Shown: positions 1 through 9,679, counted from the first letter of the stretch. The stretch is 64,000 nt of DNA from Candidatus Dormibacteria bacterium (GCA_050011555.1 JBEKIT010000002.1:22253-86252), one strand, 5' to 3'. Numbers and translations: made by a program. Notes: generated by a model not told the origin, from the letters alone.

Positions 1-1533
1 CCGGGCCAGTCGCTCAGTCTCTTCTTCCCCCACAACGAGCACTGGTCGACCATCCCCATCCTCCTCAACCTGGGTCTGTACAAGCTCGTCGGTCTGCGCA
101 GCTACGTCCCCTACATCGCTCTCGACCTGATCGCCCACCTGGCGGTGGCCCATCTGCTCTGGCGCTGGATGCGCCGGCTCGACGTGGATCCCTGGCTCGC
201 CACCGGCCTCGCCGCAGCCTTCATCGTGCTGGGCGGCGGTGTCGAGAACCTCACCTCCTCCTTCCAGATCGGCTTCGTCCTCCCCTGCGTGCTCGGCCTG
301 CTGGGTGCCTTCCTCCTCGACTACTCGGGCCCCAGCCGGTGGGATCGGGATACCGGCTACTGGATCTTCGGGGTGGCCGCCATCATGTGCTCGGGGATCG
401 GCGTCTGCGCCGTCCTGCTCGGCGCCGCGCTCGCCCTGCTCCGCCGGGGCTGGCTGGCCGCCCTCCGCGCCGCCTGCGTGCCTGCCGTCGTCTACCTGGT
501 GTGGCTGGCGCTGATCGGGCACAAGGCGATCTCAACGACCCCCGCACCCAAGTACGACCTCCCGCTGGTGGTGCAGTACGTCTGGACCGGCCTCACCAGC
601 GCGATCGAGGGCACCACCGGCTGGACCGGGCTGGGCGGGGCGCTCGCCCTCGGGCTCGGGGTGTGGCTGTACCTCAACCGGCGCCTGGCGCGCGGCCCCC
701 TGGCGTTCGCCTTCGCGGGGCCCCCGGTGGCCCTGATCTTCTTCGCCACCATCGGGGTGGGGCGCATCTCCCTCGGGGTGCAGGAGTCCACCTTCAGCCA
801 CTACGCGTACGAGTGGGTGATCCTTCTGCTCCCGGTGACCGCGGTTGCGCTGACCCAGCTGACGCGGCGCTCGCTGACCGGCCGGTTCGTGGCGCTGGCA
901 CTCACCGCGGTGGTCGCCGTCAACGGGGTCGCGGGCATCTCCACCTGGCTGTTCACGAACAACCCCATCCAGGAGGGGACGGAGGGCCAGATCCTTGCCG
1001 CCGCCCACCTGGCCACGGGCGGTGCGCCGCTCGCGGTGGGCGACGCGGCCGAGGTGGCACCGGCCAACTCGCCCAACCTGACACTCGGCGACCTGCGCTC
1101 GATGCTCGCGGCCGGGGCGATCCCCCTGGGCACGGCCATCACCGCCACCGACACCCTGAACGCCTCGCTCTACCTGCAGGTGAGCGTCACCCGGACGCCG
1201 CTCGACACCGGGCCTCAACCGACGATCGGGAACGACGTCCAGCCGGCTCCCGAGTCGTCGGGGGGCAGCTGCTACACCGTGGCCAACGGTGCCTCGCCGG
1301 CGGTGCTGCGGCTCGTCTTCACGTCGGCGGGGTCGGTCGAGATCACGCCGAGCGGAGGCGGTGACATCGTCGTCCAGCTCGCCCCCCAGGGCGACCCCCT
1401 GGATCTCACGGCGACCAACAGCTTCCCGGTCGGCGCAGGCCAGACCGTGTACCTGAACGTCACCGCGGCCGGCACCGCCCCGCTGATCTCGCTGCCGCCG
1501 GGGGTCACCACGGTCTGCGGTGTCGCCGGCTGA
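1..1533 (+). CDS. Polytopic membrane protein, 5' end outside the window. Paralogue of the next gene. About 10 or more TM helices plus a C-terminal extracytoplasmic domain of about 150 aa. Possible glycosyltransferase-like membrane enzyme.
   Basis: The frame stays open from nucleotide 2. The N-terminus PGQSLSLFFPHNEHWSTIPILLNLGLYK...HLLWRWMRRL aligns with residues 75-135 of the downstream paralogue. Multiple hydrophobic segments. Stop at 1531-1533. Confidence 0.5.
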   Translation, partial: PGQSLSLFFPHNEHWSTIPILLNLGLYKLVGLRSYVPYIALDLIAHLAVAHLLWRWMRRLDVDPWLATGLAAAFIVLGGGVENLTSSFQIGFVLPCVLGLLGAFLLDYSGPSRWDRDTGYWIFGVAAIMCSGIGVCAVLLGAALALLRRGWLAALRAACVPAVVYLVWLALIGHKAISTTPAPKYDLPLVVQYVWTGLTSAIEGTTGWTGLGGALALGLGVWLYLNRRLARGPLAFAFAGPPVALIFFATIGVGRISLGVQESTFSHYAYEWVILLLPVTAVALTQLTRRSLTGRFVALALTAVVAVNGVAGISTWLFTNNPIQEGTEGQILAAAHLATGGAPLAVGDAAEVAPANSPNLTLGDLRSMLAAGAIPLGTAITATDTLNASLYLQVSVTRTPLDTGPQPTIGNDVQPAPESSGGSCYTVANGASPAVLRLVFTSAGSVEITPSGGGDIVVQLAPQGDPLDLTATNSFPVGAGQTVYLNVTAAGTAPLISLPPGVTTVCGVAG

Positions 1534-3286
1534 GGGCGCCGTCCCGGCCGGCGATGCGCCGCGGGACGATTCGCCACCCGCACGAGCCGTCTCGGCGCAG
1601 CGCAGGCAGGGCTGGATCGAGCTCGCGAGAGACGCCGCCGCTCCGGCCCACTACCTCTCGCTGATCGTGGGCGTCGCGGTCATCCTCTACCTCGACCGGA
1701 GCAACTGGTTCCTCGGCGATGAGTTCGAGTTCTTCGGGAGGATGCAGCCGGGTACCTCCCTCAACCTCCTCGTGCCCCACAACGGCCACTGGTCCACGGT
1801 GCCGATCCTCCTCACCCTGGGTCTCTACAAGGTGTACGGGCTGCGCTCCTTCCTCCCCTACGCGCTGATGGACATCGCCGCCCATCTCGCCGTCGTCCAC
1901 CTGCTGTGGCGCTGGATGCGCCGGCTCGGAGCCGACCCCTGGGTGGCCACCGGATTGGCCGCCGTCTTCGTGGTCGTCGGAGGCGGTGTCGAGAACGTCT
2001 GGTCCTGGTTCCAGGTCAGCTTCGTCCTGCCGGTCGCTCTCGGGCTGGCCGCGGCCTTCCTCGTCGACCACACCGAGGCGGGCTCAGGTCGCGACCTGCT
2101 CACATGGCCGCTCGGGGTCGCGGCCGTCATGTGCTCCGGCGTCGGCGTGATCATGGTCTTCCTCTACGCCCTCCTGGCCCTGCTCCGACGAGGCTGGCGG
2201 GCCGCATTCCGGGTGGCCGTGCTGCCGGCCGTCGTGTACCTGGCCTGGTTCGCGGCGATCGGGAGGGAGTACCTCTCCCTCCAACCTGGGCCGCTCTGGC
2301 AGCACTTCCTGGTCTTCGACTACGCCTGGACCGGGCTCACCAGCGCGGTCGGTGCCACGGTCGGGTGGAGTGGCTTCGGTCCCATCCTGTTCGTGGCGCT
2401 CCTCGTCTGGCTCTTCCTCGAACGCCGGCGGATCCGGACCAACACGGCCTTCGTCTTCGCCTCGGCGGGAGTCGCCCTGCTCTACTTCGTCCTGCTCGGT
2501 GTCGACCGGGTGACCGCCGGGCTGTGGGAGTCGACCCTCACCCGCTACGGCTACATCGGCATCGCCCTGCTGCTCCCCGCCACCGCTGATGTGCTGACGC
2601 GCCTGGCGCGGCGGGGAGTGACCGGAAGGGTCGTGGTCCTCACCGCCTGCGGCCTGGCGGTGGTGGGCAGCGTGGGCAGCTGGGTCACCTTCGTCCAGAC
2701 CTGGAATCCCATCACCACCACCACGGAAGGGCAGGTCCTGGCAGCGGCTCACCTGCTCCAGAGCGGCGCCCCCCTGGCGGTCACCGGTGGGGCCGGGGTC
2801 GAACCGGTTCACTCCGGCAACCTCACCGTCGACATGCTCCGCTCGATGATCGGCACGGGCAGCATCTCGACCGACGCGCCGGTGTCGGCAACCGACATGC
2901 TGAATGCGGAGCTCTTCCTCCAGGTGGGCATCAGCTCGAGCGCGCCGACCGGCACCGGCCAGGCCGCCCGCATCGACCCCGCGTCGCTCCCTCTGGTGAC
3001 CGCCACCGGTGACGGCTGCGTGTCCGCGGGCTCGGCCAGCGGGACGTCGGTGCTGCAGCTCGACTTCGCCGGCCCCGGCGCCGTCGCCATGTCGACCGAG
3101 CAGAGCTCGGAGATGACCCTCCAGCTGAGCCTCACCGGAACTCCCGGCGTCGCCTCGTCCGCGACCAGCACGTTCGGGCTGACGGCCGGCCAGAAGACGT
3201 ATCTCGAGGTGACGGCGAGCGGCGTCGCCACCCTGCTGACGCTGCCGGCCGGGACCACCACGATCTGCGGCCTTGGCGGGGGCTGA
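1520..3286 (+). CDS. Polytopic membrane protein, tandem paralogue of the upstream gene. Unknown function, possibly GT-C-like.
   Basis: GTG at 1520 overlaps the upstream stop. The protein is about 45% identical to the upstream gene over both the TM region and the C-terminal domain (..LQV..//..TxICGxxG end). Confidence 0.5.
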   Translation: MSPAEGAVPAGDAPRDDSPPARAVSAQRRQGWIELARDAAAPAHYLSLIVGVAVILYLDRSNWFLGDEFEFFGRMQPGTSLNLLVPHNGHWSTVPILLTLGLYKVYGLRSFLPYALMDIAAHLAVVHLLWRWMRRLGADPWVATGLAAVFVVVGGGVENVWSWFQVSFVLPVALGLAAAFLVDHTEAGSGRDLLTWPLGVAAVMCSGVGVIMVFLYALLALLRRGWRAAFRVAVLPAVVYLAWFAAIGREYLSLQPGPLWQHFLVFDYAWTGLTSAVGATVGWSGFGPILFVALLVWLFLERRRIRTNTAFVFASAGVALLYFVLLGVDRVTAGLWESTLTRYGYIGIALLLPATADVLTRLARRGVTGRVVVLTACGLAVVGSVGSWVTFVQTWNPITTTTEGQVLAAAHLLQSGAPLAVTGGAGVEPVHSGNLTVDMLRSMIGTGSISTDAPVSATDMLNAELFLQVGISSSAPTGTGQAARIDPASLPLVTATGDGCVSAGSASGTSVLQLDFAGPGAVAMSTEQSSEMTLQLSLTGTPGVASSATSTFGLTAGQKTYLEVTASGVATLLTLPAGTTTICGLGGG

Positions 3287-3352
3287 TCGCCGGCGACGAA
3301 TCATGGAGACGACTGGTGGGCGCGGTTCGACGATGCGGCTGAGGCCCGAGGC

Positions 3353-4681
3353 GTGATCGCCGGCCACCGGGCCCGGTTCGCCATCGCTCTGGCGGTCCCC
3401 TGCGCCCTGTTTCTGGCGGTGACGCTCGCCATGAGCCTGCGCACCCCCGCCCTGAGCAACAACGACGAGGGCGATCACATCCAGTACGCCCTGTACATCC
3501 GGAGCCACCACTCGCTGCCCCTGATCAGCGTTCAGAACGGAGACGAGTCTCATCAGCCGCCCCTGTACTACATCTCACTCGCGGTCTGGATGAAGGTCCT
3601 CGGGATGCAGCCGTTCACACCTTCGCTGCCGCCTGCACCGACCAGCGCGGCCAACCTCGATGGCTTCGACCACACGTACACGACCACCGCGGAGCGTCAG
3701 ATGGCGGTCGACGTCCACCTGCTCCGGTTGCCGAGCATCGGATACGGACTGATCGTCGTGATGGCGTCATTCGGTTCGGGGTGGGTGCTCACTCGGCGGC
3801 TCTCCATCTCGTCGGCCGTTGCATCAGCGGTCGGCCTCTGGCCCAAGTTCGATGTCGTCTCCGCCGCCGTGTCCAACGAATCCCTCAACTTCGCGCTCTG
3901 CGCCCTCGCCCTGCTCGCCCTCCTCCTCTGGCTGCGCGGCGGTGGGCGACATCGGCTCTGGGCTGCCACGGTCGGGGTGTTCCTGGGCTTGGCGGCCATC
4001 ACAGAGCTCACGTCGGTCCCGGTCGCCGGCCTTCTGCTGCTGCTCCTCGCCGCGGTGTCGGTGCGCCGGGGGCGGACGGGAGATCTCCTCGCCGCCGCGG
4101 TCGCCTTCGCCGCCCTCAGCGGATGGTGGTTCGCCCGCAACGTCGCCCTGTACGGCGACCCCCTGGCGAGTGGCGCCACCCGGACCTACCTCACGAAGCT
4201 CGTGGCAGGTCTGGTACGCCCCGTGCCATCCCTGGATCCATCGGTGCTCAACTTCTCGTTCCATCAGCTCCTGAACAGCGTCTGGTTCGACGGTGGGGCG
4301 AATCAGCTCACCCTGCCATGGTCGCTGGACATCGGGGTGAGCCTGTTAGCGCTGGTGTGCCTGGCAGGCGGAGCCTGGGTCGTCTGGCGGCATTGGGGTG
4401 GCCGAGGGCTGTCGCCGCTGGGCGTCTCGGCGCTCGGGCTCGCGGCTGCCGGGTCGATCGTCAGCTGGGTGCTGATCATCCGCGAGACGACCCAGGCTGA
4501 GGGGCGGTACCTGCTGGTCGCCATCACCGCCTGGAGCCTCCTTCTCGTCGCCGGGACCGACTCGGTGAGGGGCTTACCCGCGGCGGCGCGCCATGCTCTT
4601 CCGTGGCTCTGGCCGGCCATCTTCGCCGGCTTGGACGCGTACGTCTTCGCCCAATATCTCATCCCCCACGGAGGGTTCTGA
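3353..4681 (+). CDS. GT-C fold membrane glycosyltransferase, family 39/83-like (PMT/ArnT-like). Candidate lipid-linked sugar:acceptor transferase.
   Basis: N-terminal TM helix is followed by an acidic loop (NNDEGDHIQYALYI...QPPLYY), typical of the DE-motif first periplasmic loop of PMT/ArnT-family enzymes. About 11 TM segments. Family assigned from motif memory only. Confidence 0.45.
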   Translation: MIAGHRARFAIALAVPCALFLAVTLAMSLRTPALSNNDEGDHIQYALYIRSHHSLPLISVQNGDESHQPPLYYISLAVWMKVLGMQPFTPSLPPAPTSAANLDGFDHTYTTTAERQMAVDVHLLRLPSIGYGLIVVMASFGSGWVLTRRLSISSAVASAVGLWPKFDVVSAAVSNESLNFALCALALLALLLWLRGGGRHRLWAATVGVFLGLAAITELTSVPVAGLLLLLLAAVSVRRGRTGDLLAAAVAFAALSGWWFARNVALYGDPLASGATRTYLTKLVAGLVRPVPSLDPSVLNFSFHQLLNSVWFDGGANQLTLPWSLDIGVSLLALVCLAGGAWVVWRHWGGRGLSPLGVSALGLAAAGSIVSWVLIIRETTQAEGRYLLVAITAWSLLLVAGTDSVRGLPAAARHALPWLWPAIFAGLDAYVFAQYLIPHGGF

Positions 4682-4692
4682 GCCGGCCCCGT

Positions 4693-6132
4693 CTACCGGC
4701 GGCGCTCTCCGCGGCGGCCGAGCGTGCGCAGCACCCTCGCGAGGGCGCTCGAGAACCACTTGGAGCGTCGGATCCCCGAGGGGAGCCCCCGGTAGGCGGA
4801 GCGCAGCGCTCGGTAGGGGAGGCCCGGACGCGGGGGCGGCGCGTCGGCCGCAGTGAAGGCCTCAGGAGCGCCGGCGACGTCGTCCCGCGTCGGGGTGAAG
4901 GGGACCGGCAGCCGGGCCAGCCCCGGCTCGCGGTCAGCTGCAGGGCGCGGATCGGCGCAAAAGCGGCGGAGCGGCGCCGCTGCTGCCGGCCAGGTGAGCG
5001 ACGCCGCGTGGGCCACCGACCGTGCGCCACATTCCCGGCGCCTTGCGGCATCCTCCGCCAACTCCACCAGCGCGCGCGCAACGGCCTCGGGGCTCTCCGG
5101 AGGGACGGTCACCCCGATGCCCAGCCGCTCGATATCGTCGGCAAGGGTGTCGCCGGCGGTGCAGATCACCGGCAGCCCGGACCAGAAGTAGTCGAGGATC
5201 CGGGTCCGGAAGGAGAAGCGGGTCTCCACATGGTCGAAGTGGGTGGAGACGCCGATGTCGGCGTCGAGCAGCCAGTCGGCCCGGTCCTCGTACGCGACCC
5301 AGCTCTCGTTGAAGAAGACGTGGGTGCCGAGCAGGCCGAGCTCGCCGGCCACCCGCCGCGCCTCGACCTGCGTCCACATGGTCTGGATCTCCGGGTTGGG
5401 ATGCCCGGTGGACATGAAGACGAGGCGGAGGCCCGGGAGGCGCCGGGCCGCGATCTCCACCCCGCGGATCAGGGTGACGGGGTCGAACCAGTTGTAGATG
5501 CCTCCACCCCACAGCACCACGAGGTCGCCCTCGCCGATGCCGTCGATGACGCCGCGGATGGCCGGGTGCCGGCGGCGGGGCGGCTCCGAGGGAACCCCGA
5601 AGGGCACGACGTCGAGGAGCGAGCGGAGGGTCGGGTCCTGCCGATGGGTGAGCGGGTTGACCCGGCTCGCCGCGGTCAGCCATCCCAGCCAGTAGTCGCG
5701 TTGCTTCTCGCTGGCGCAGAGGAAGAGGTCGCCGTCACGGACCTGGTCGGTGACGGCCCGGATCGAGTCCCGCTGGGCCTCCAGGCGCTTCTCCAGCGGC
5801 TCCTTCGCGAAGAGGATGAGCACCTCCAGCGGGAAGGGGTCGTAGAGATCGATGACCAGCCGGACGTCCGCCTCGCGGAGCAGGGGGAAGCGCTCCATCA
5901 CCCACCCCTGGAGGATCACCACGCGGTGATCCGCCAGCAGGGCCGGCAGGCTCGACGCGTCGTAGGTGGTCACCGCGAAGGGCTGGGGCGGGAGGTCGCT
6001 GGGAAAGGGCGACGCCAGGGTCACCCGGTGCCCGTCCGCGCTCAGCACCCGGGAGAACTCGAAGGAGCGGATCGAGGGCCCTGCCATCCGCCGGTTGACG
6101 TGCTCGTTGGCGAGCACCAGGATGTCGGTCAC
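4693..6132 (-). CDS. GT4 (GT-B, retaining) glycosyltransferase, translationally coupled to rmlD.
   Basis: GT4-type C-terminal half (..VFMSTGHPNP..FNESWVAYEDRADWLLDADIGVSTH..). The proposed GTG start at 6132-6130 overlaps the rmlD stop TGA at 6131-6129 as GTGA. The longer ATG frame to 6198 overlaps rmlD by 70 nt and is less likely. Confidence 0.65.
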   Translation of the reverse strand: MTDILVLANEHVNRRMAGPSIRSFEFSRVLSADGHRVTLASPFPSDLPPQPFAVTTYDASSLPALLADHRVVILQGWVMERFPLLREADVRLVIDLYDPFPLEVLILFAKEPLEKRLEAQRDSIRAVTDQVRDGDLFLCASEKQRDYWLGWLTAASRVNPLTHRQDPTLRSLLDVVPFGVPSEPPRRRHPAIRGVIDGIGEGDLVVLWGGGIYNWFDPVTLIRGVEIAARRLPGLRLVFMSTGHPNPEIQTMWTQVEARRVAGELGLLGTHVFFNESWVAYEDRADWLLDADIGVSTHFDHVETRFSFRTRILDYFWSGLPVICTAGDTLADDIERLGIGVTVPPESPEAVARALVELAEDAARRRECGARSVAHAASLTWPAAAAPLRRFCADPRPAADREPGLARLPVPFTPTRDDVAGAPEAFTAADAPPPRPGLPYRALRSAYRGLPSGIRRSKWFSSALARVLRTLGRRGERRR

Positions 6133-6998
6133 GTCGCAGCGGGCTGCGGAGGCCGGCCGGCGAGCTCCGCCAGGTAGGCGCGCAGCCCCTCCCGCCACGC
6201 GGGCAGCGGGGCCTCCCCCAGGGCCTGCCAGGCGCGGTTGGCCAGCACCGAGTACGCGGGGCGGGGTGCCGGGGTGGGGTAGTCGGCGGTCTGGATCGCC
6301 TCCACCGGCACGCTGAGCCCCGCCTCCGCGACGATGGCCTCGGCGAAGCCATGCCAGCTGGTCGTCCCGGAGTTGGTGAGGTGGTAGGTGCCGGGCTCAC
6401 CGCGCTCGACCAGCCGGACCAGGGCAGGGGCGAGGTGCCCCGTCCAGGTGGGCGAGCCCCACTGGTCGGCGACCACGCGCAGCGCAGCCCGCTCCCGGGC
6501 CAGCCTCAGCATGGTGAGCACGAAGTTGGGCCCCTCCTGGCCGTAGAGCCAGGCCGTGCGGGCGATCTGGTGGGAGGTCAGGGCAGCGCGGACCGCCTCC
6601 TCGCCGGCGAGCTTCCCCCGACCATAGGCGCTCTGCGGGTGGGGCGTGGCCGCCTCGTCGATGGGCTCGGTCGCGGTGCCATCGAAGACGTAATCCGTGC
6701 TCAGGTGGCAGAGGAGGACGCCGCGCGGCCGGCAGGCCTCGGCCAGCACCCGCGGACCCTCGGCGTTGACGGCGTAGGCCGCCGCCTCCTCGGTCTCGGC
6801 GGCGTCCACCCGCGTCCAGGCGGCGCAATTGATGACGGCGTCGGGCCGCACCTGGTCCAGCAGGGCACCGACCGATCCGGGGTCACGGATGTCGACGGCC
6901 TCGACGTCATGCCCGGTGGCCCGGTGCGATGTGCCCGCCAGGGTCCACAGCAGCTCGCGTCCGAGCTGCCCGCGGGAGCCGATGATCTCGATCCGCAT
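6129..6998 (-). CDS. rmlD: dTDP-4-dehydrorhamnose reductase
   Basis: MRIEIIGSRGQLG Rossmann start, ..STDYVFDG.., YGRGKLAGE: the RmlD family signature. ATG at 6998. The extension to 7103 overlaps rmlB and is rejected. Confidence 0.85.
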   Translation of the reverse strand: MRIEIIGSRGQLGRELLWTLAGTSHRATGHDVEAVDIRDPGSVGALLDQVRPDAVINCAAWTRVDAAETEEAAAYAVNAEGPRVLAEACRPRGVLLCHLSTDYVFDGTATEPIDEAATPHPQSAYGRGKLAGEEAVRAALTSHQIARTAWLYGQEGPNFVLTMLRLARERAALRVVADQWGSPTWTGHLAPALVRLVERGEPGTYHLTNSGTTSWHGFAEAIVAEAGLSVPVEAIQTADYPTPAPRPAYSVLANRAWQALGEAPLPAWREGLRAYLAELAGRPPQPAAT

Positions 6999-7009
6999 CC
7001 CCGGACCGC

Positions 7010-8035
7010 TCAGCCGGCGCCCGAGCCCGGGAGGGGCGTCACCGTCCTGTAGTTGCGCTGGTAGAAGGCCCAGAACTCCCCGCTCTTGAGCGGTCTCCAC
7101 CACTCCTCGTGCTCCACGTACCAGCGCACCGTCATCTCCATCCCCTTCTCGACGTCGATGCGCGGCTCCCAGCCGAGAGTGCGGAGCTTGGTGGAGTCGA
7201 GGGCGTAGCGCCGGTCGTGGCCGGGCCGATCGCTGACGTACTGCTTCAGGGAGGGAGGCTTATCGAGGAGACGAAGCACCGTGTCAGCCACCGTGATCCC
7301 GTTGATCTCCCGGCCCGCCCCGATGTTGTAGTCCTCTCCGGGCACCCCCCGGCGCAGCGCCAGGTCGATGCCGCGGCAGTGGTCCTCGACGAAGATGTAG
7401 TCCCTCACCGCGCCCCCGTCCCCGTAGATGGGGAGGGGCCGGTCCTCCAGGGCGTTGGTGATGAAGAGCGGGATGATCTTCTCCGGGTACTGGTACCAGC
7501 CGTAGGTGTTGGAGCCCCGGGTGATGATCGCCGGTAACCCGTGCGAGGCGCGGTAGGCCTGCACCAGCATCTCCCCGCCCGCCTTGCTGGCGCTGTACGG
7601 GCTCCGCGGCCGGAGCGGGTCGCCCTCCCGGGAGCGCCCCGTGGCGACGTCGCCGTAGACCTCGTCGGTGCTCACCTGAAGGTAGCGCGGGTGCCCAGCC
7701 GCACGCGCCGCCTCGAGGAGGACGTAGGTGCCGTAGACGTCGGTGATGATGAACTGGCCGGGGGCCTCGAGGGAGCGGTCGACGTGCGACTCCGCGGCGA
7801 AGTTGACGATCGTGTCGCACCCCCGGGCCAGCGGTCCCACCGCCGCCGGGTCCGCGATGTCACCCTGCACGAAGCGGAAGCGCGCATCGCCTCGGACCGG
7901 GTCGAGGTTGCGCTCGTTGCCGGCGTAGGTGAGCTTGTCGAGCACGGTGACCTGGTCCTCGGGATGCTCACGCAGCGTCATCCGGACGAACTCGCTGCCG
8001 ATGAACCCCGCTCCTCCGGTTACGAGCAGCCGCAT
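7010..8035 (-). CDS. rmlB: dTDP-glucose 4,6-dehydratase
   Basis: MRLLVTGGAGFIGSEFVR.., YSASKAGGE catalytic motif, and overall RmlB/SDR-extended similarity. Starts 1 nt after the rmlC stop. Confidence 0.9.
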   Translation of the reverse strand: MRLLVTGGAGFIGSEFVRMTLREHPEDQVTVLDKLTYAGNERNLDPVRGDARFRFVQGDIADPAAVGPLARGCDTIVNFAAESHVDRSLEAPGQFIITDVYGTYVLLEAARAAGHPRYLQVSTDEVYGDVATGRSREGDPLRPRSPYSASKAGGEMLVQAYRASHGLPAIITRGSNTYGWYQYPEKIIPLFITNALEDRPLPIYGDGGAVRDYIFVEDHCRGIDLALRRGVPGEDYNIGAGREINGITVADTVLRLLDKPPSLKQYVSDRPGHDRRYALDSTKLRTLGWEPRIDVEKGMEMTVRWYVEHEEWWRPLKSGEFWAFYQRNYRTVTPLPGSGAG

Positions 8036-8036
8036 C

Positions 8037-8615
8037 TCAGATGTTCTCGATGCTCCAGTCGAAGCCGATGCGCGGGTCGTCCCAGGCGATCCGGCCCTCG
8101 TCGGGGTCGGCGGGATCGTAGGGCTCGGTCACGTAGTAGTTGAGGATGACGTCCTGGAGGCTCAGCACCTGGTAACCGTGGCCCACGAAAGGGGGGATGG
8201 CCACCATCTTGGGTGAGTGCTCGCCGAGGATGATCGACTGGATGCGTCCGGCGGTCGGGGACCCCTCGCGGAGGTCGACGAGAACCACGCGGGCATTCCC
8301 CTGCACGATGTCCCAGTAGTCCCACTGGCGCTTGTGCCAGTGGAAGGCCTTGATCAGCTCCGGCGGGTTCCCACCCCGCGCATACGCGAGGCTGCGGGAC
8401 ATCTGGGCAAACGGCTCGGCGGGGATGAAGGGACGGCCCTCGTCGTCGAGGTCCCCCCGCTTGAGCTGCTCGATGAAGTAGCCGCGCTGGTCGGCGTGCT
8501 TGCGGAAGGTCTTCACCATGACGCCGTCGATGCGCCCCACCCGCTGAGAGGCAGGGACGCTGCTGATGTCTGCGAGCACCCGCTCCATCGACTCGGTGAC
8601 CGCCATCCAGGCCAT
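8037..8615 (-). CDS. rmlC: dTDP-4-dehydrorhamnose 3,5-epimerase
   Basis: The C-terminal 192 aa of the long ORF match the RmlC cupin (..FRKHADQRGYFIEQ..KAFHWHKRQWDYWDIVQG..PPFVGHGYQVL..). ATG at 8615-8613 shares one base with the rmlA stop (TGATG). The upstream 140 aa of the ORF is only the other frame of rmlA. Confidence 0.85.
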   Translation of the reverse strand: MAWMAVTESMERVLADISSVPASQRVGRIDGVMVKTFRKHADQRGYFIEQLKRGDLDDEGRPFIPAEPFAQMSRSLAYARGGNPPELIKAFHWHKRQWDYWDIVQGNARVVLVDLREGSPTAGRIQSIILGEHSPKMVAIPPFVGHGYQVLSLQDVILNYYVTEPYDPADPDEGRIAWDDPRIGFDWSIENI

Positions 8616-9679
8616 CAGCGCAGCTCCACGCGGGACTGGTCGCCCAGCATCAGGCGGTAGGCGCGCGGCCGTTCCGGGGAGGAGCGCACGGTGCACCCCT
8701 TGCCGATCAGCGAGGACTCGATCTTGCCGTCGACGCCGTCGATCACGCTGCCCTCGAGGACGATCGAGTGCTCGATCTCGGACCTCCGGATCGTGCAGTC
8801 GTGGTAGATGGAGGTGAACGGCCCCACGTAGGACTGCTCGATGAGGGTCCCGGACCCGATGATGGCCGGTCCTCGGACCAGGCAGTTGCGGAGCTGCGCC
8901 CCTGTCTGGATCACGACCTTGCCCTCGAGCCGCACGTCCTCGCCGAGGAGGCCCTCGACCCGGGGCGCCAGGGTGTCGAGGATGATCCGGTTGGCCTCCA
9001 GCATGTCCTCGAGGCGCCCGGTGTCCTTCCACCACCCGGTGATGACGTGGGGCACCACCCGGGCTCCGTCATCGATCATCCGCTGGATCGCATCGGTGAT
9101 CTCCAGCTCGCCGCGGGCGCTGAGCTCGATCCGCTCGATGGCGTGGAACACCGCCGGGGAGAAGAGGTAGACGCCCACCAGGGCCAGGTCGCTCCGGGGC
9201 ACCGGCGGCTTCTCGACCAACCGGACCACTCGCCCATCCTCCAGCTCGGCCACCCCGAAGCGCTGGGGCTCGGGGACCCGGGCCAGCAGGATCTCGGCGT
9301 CCGGCTGCAGCCGGCGGAACTCGTCCACGAACTCCGTGATCCCGTCCCGGATGAGGTTGTCGCCCAGATACATGACGAACCGGTCCTCGCCGAGGAAGTC
9401 CCTGGCGATGAGCACGGCGTGGGCGAGGCCGAGCGGCGCCTCCTGGGGGATGTAGGTCACCGAGGCGCCGAAGCGCGAGCCGTCGCCGACCGCCGCTCGC
9501 ACCTCCGGGCCGGTCTCGCCGGTGATGATCCCGATCTCGGTGATGCCGGCCGCGACCACCGCCTCGATCCCGTAGAAGAGGATCGGCTTGTTGGCGATGG
9601 GGACCAGCTGCTTGGCGCTGGTGTGGGTGATCGGCCGGAGGCGGGTGCCCGTGCCCCCGCTCAGGATCAGCGCCTTCAC
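8615..9679 (-). CDS. rmlA: Glucose-1-phosphate thymidylyltransferase, long form with C-terminal left-handed beta-helix
   Basis: MKALILSGGTGTRLRPITHTSAKQLVPIANKPIL..., the canonical RmlA N-terminus. 354 aa with a hexapeptide-repeat-like tail. Confidence 0.9.
   Translation of the reverse strand: MKALILSGGTGTRLRPITHTSAKQLVPIANKPILFYGIEAVVAAGITEIGIITGETGPEVRAAVGDGSRFGASVTYIPQEAPLGLAHAVLIARDFLGEDRFVMYLGDNLIRDGITEFVDEFRRLQPDAEILLARVPEPQRFGVAELEDGRVVRLVEKPPVPRSDLALVGVYLFSPAVFHAIERIELSARGELEITDAIQRMIDDGARVVPHVITGWWKDTGRLEDMLEANRIILDTLAPRVEGLLGEDVRLEGKVVIQTGAQLRNCLVRGPAIIGSGTLIEQSYVGPFTSIYHDCTIRRSEIEHSIVLEGSVIDGVDGKIESSLIGKGCTVRSSPERPRAYRLMLGDQSRVELR

Noticed and set aside
339-1364. Numerous long ORFs overlapping the annotated genes in other frames or on the antisense strand. 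Examples: 339-1364, 2084-3553(-), 4603-6177, 13733-15106(-), 16179-17138(-), 20264-22168(-), 22398-24443(-), 25274-26503(-), 30425-31534(-), 36787-37356(-), 56205-59147(-).
   Set aside because: In ~70% GC DNA, stop codons are rare in every frame. These ORFs encode Arg/Pro/Gly/Ala-rich low-complexity sequence with no family signature. They overlap genes that have clear homology, signal peptides and translational coupling.
6133-6198. Longer ATG-initiated form of the GT4 gene, overlapping rmlD by 70 nt
   Set aside because: A GTG that overlaps the rmlD stop (GTGA) gives an N-terminus that begins right at the conserved GT4 beta1 strand (VTDILVLANE). The coupled start is more parsimonious.
8616-9035. 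N-terminal 140 aa of the 332-aa ORF 8037-9035
   Set aside because: It is the alternate frame of rmlA. The RmlC homology starts exactly at the Met whose ATG overlaps the rmlA stop.
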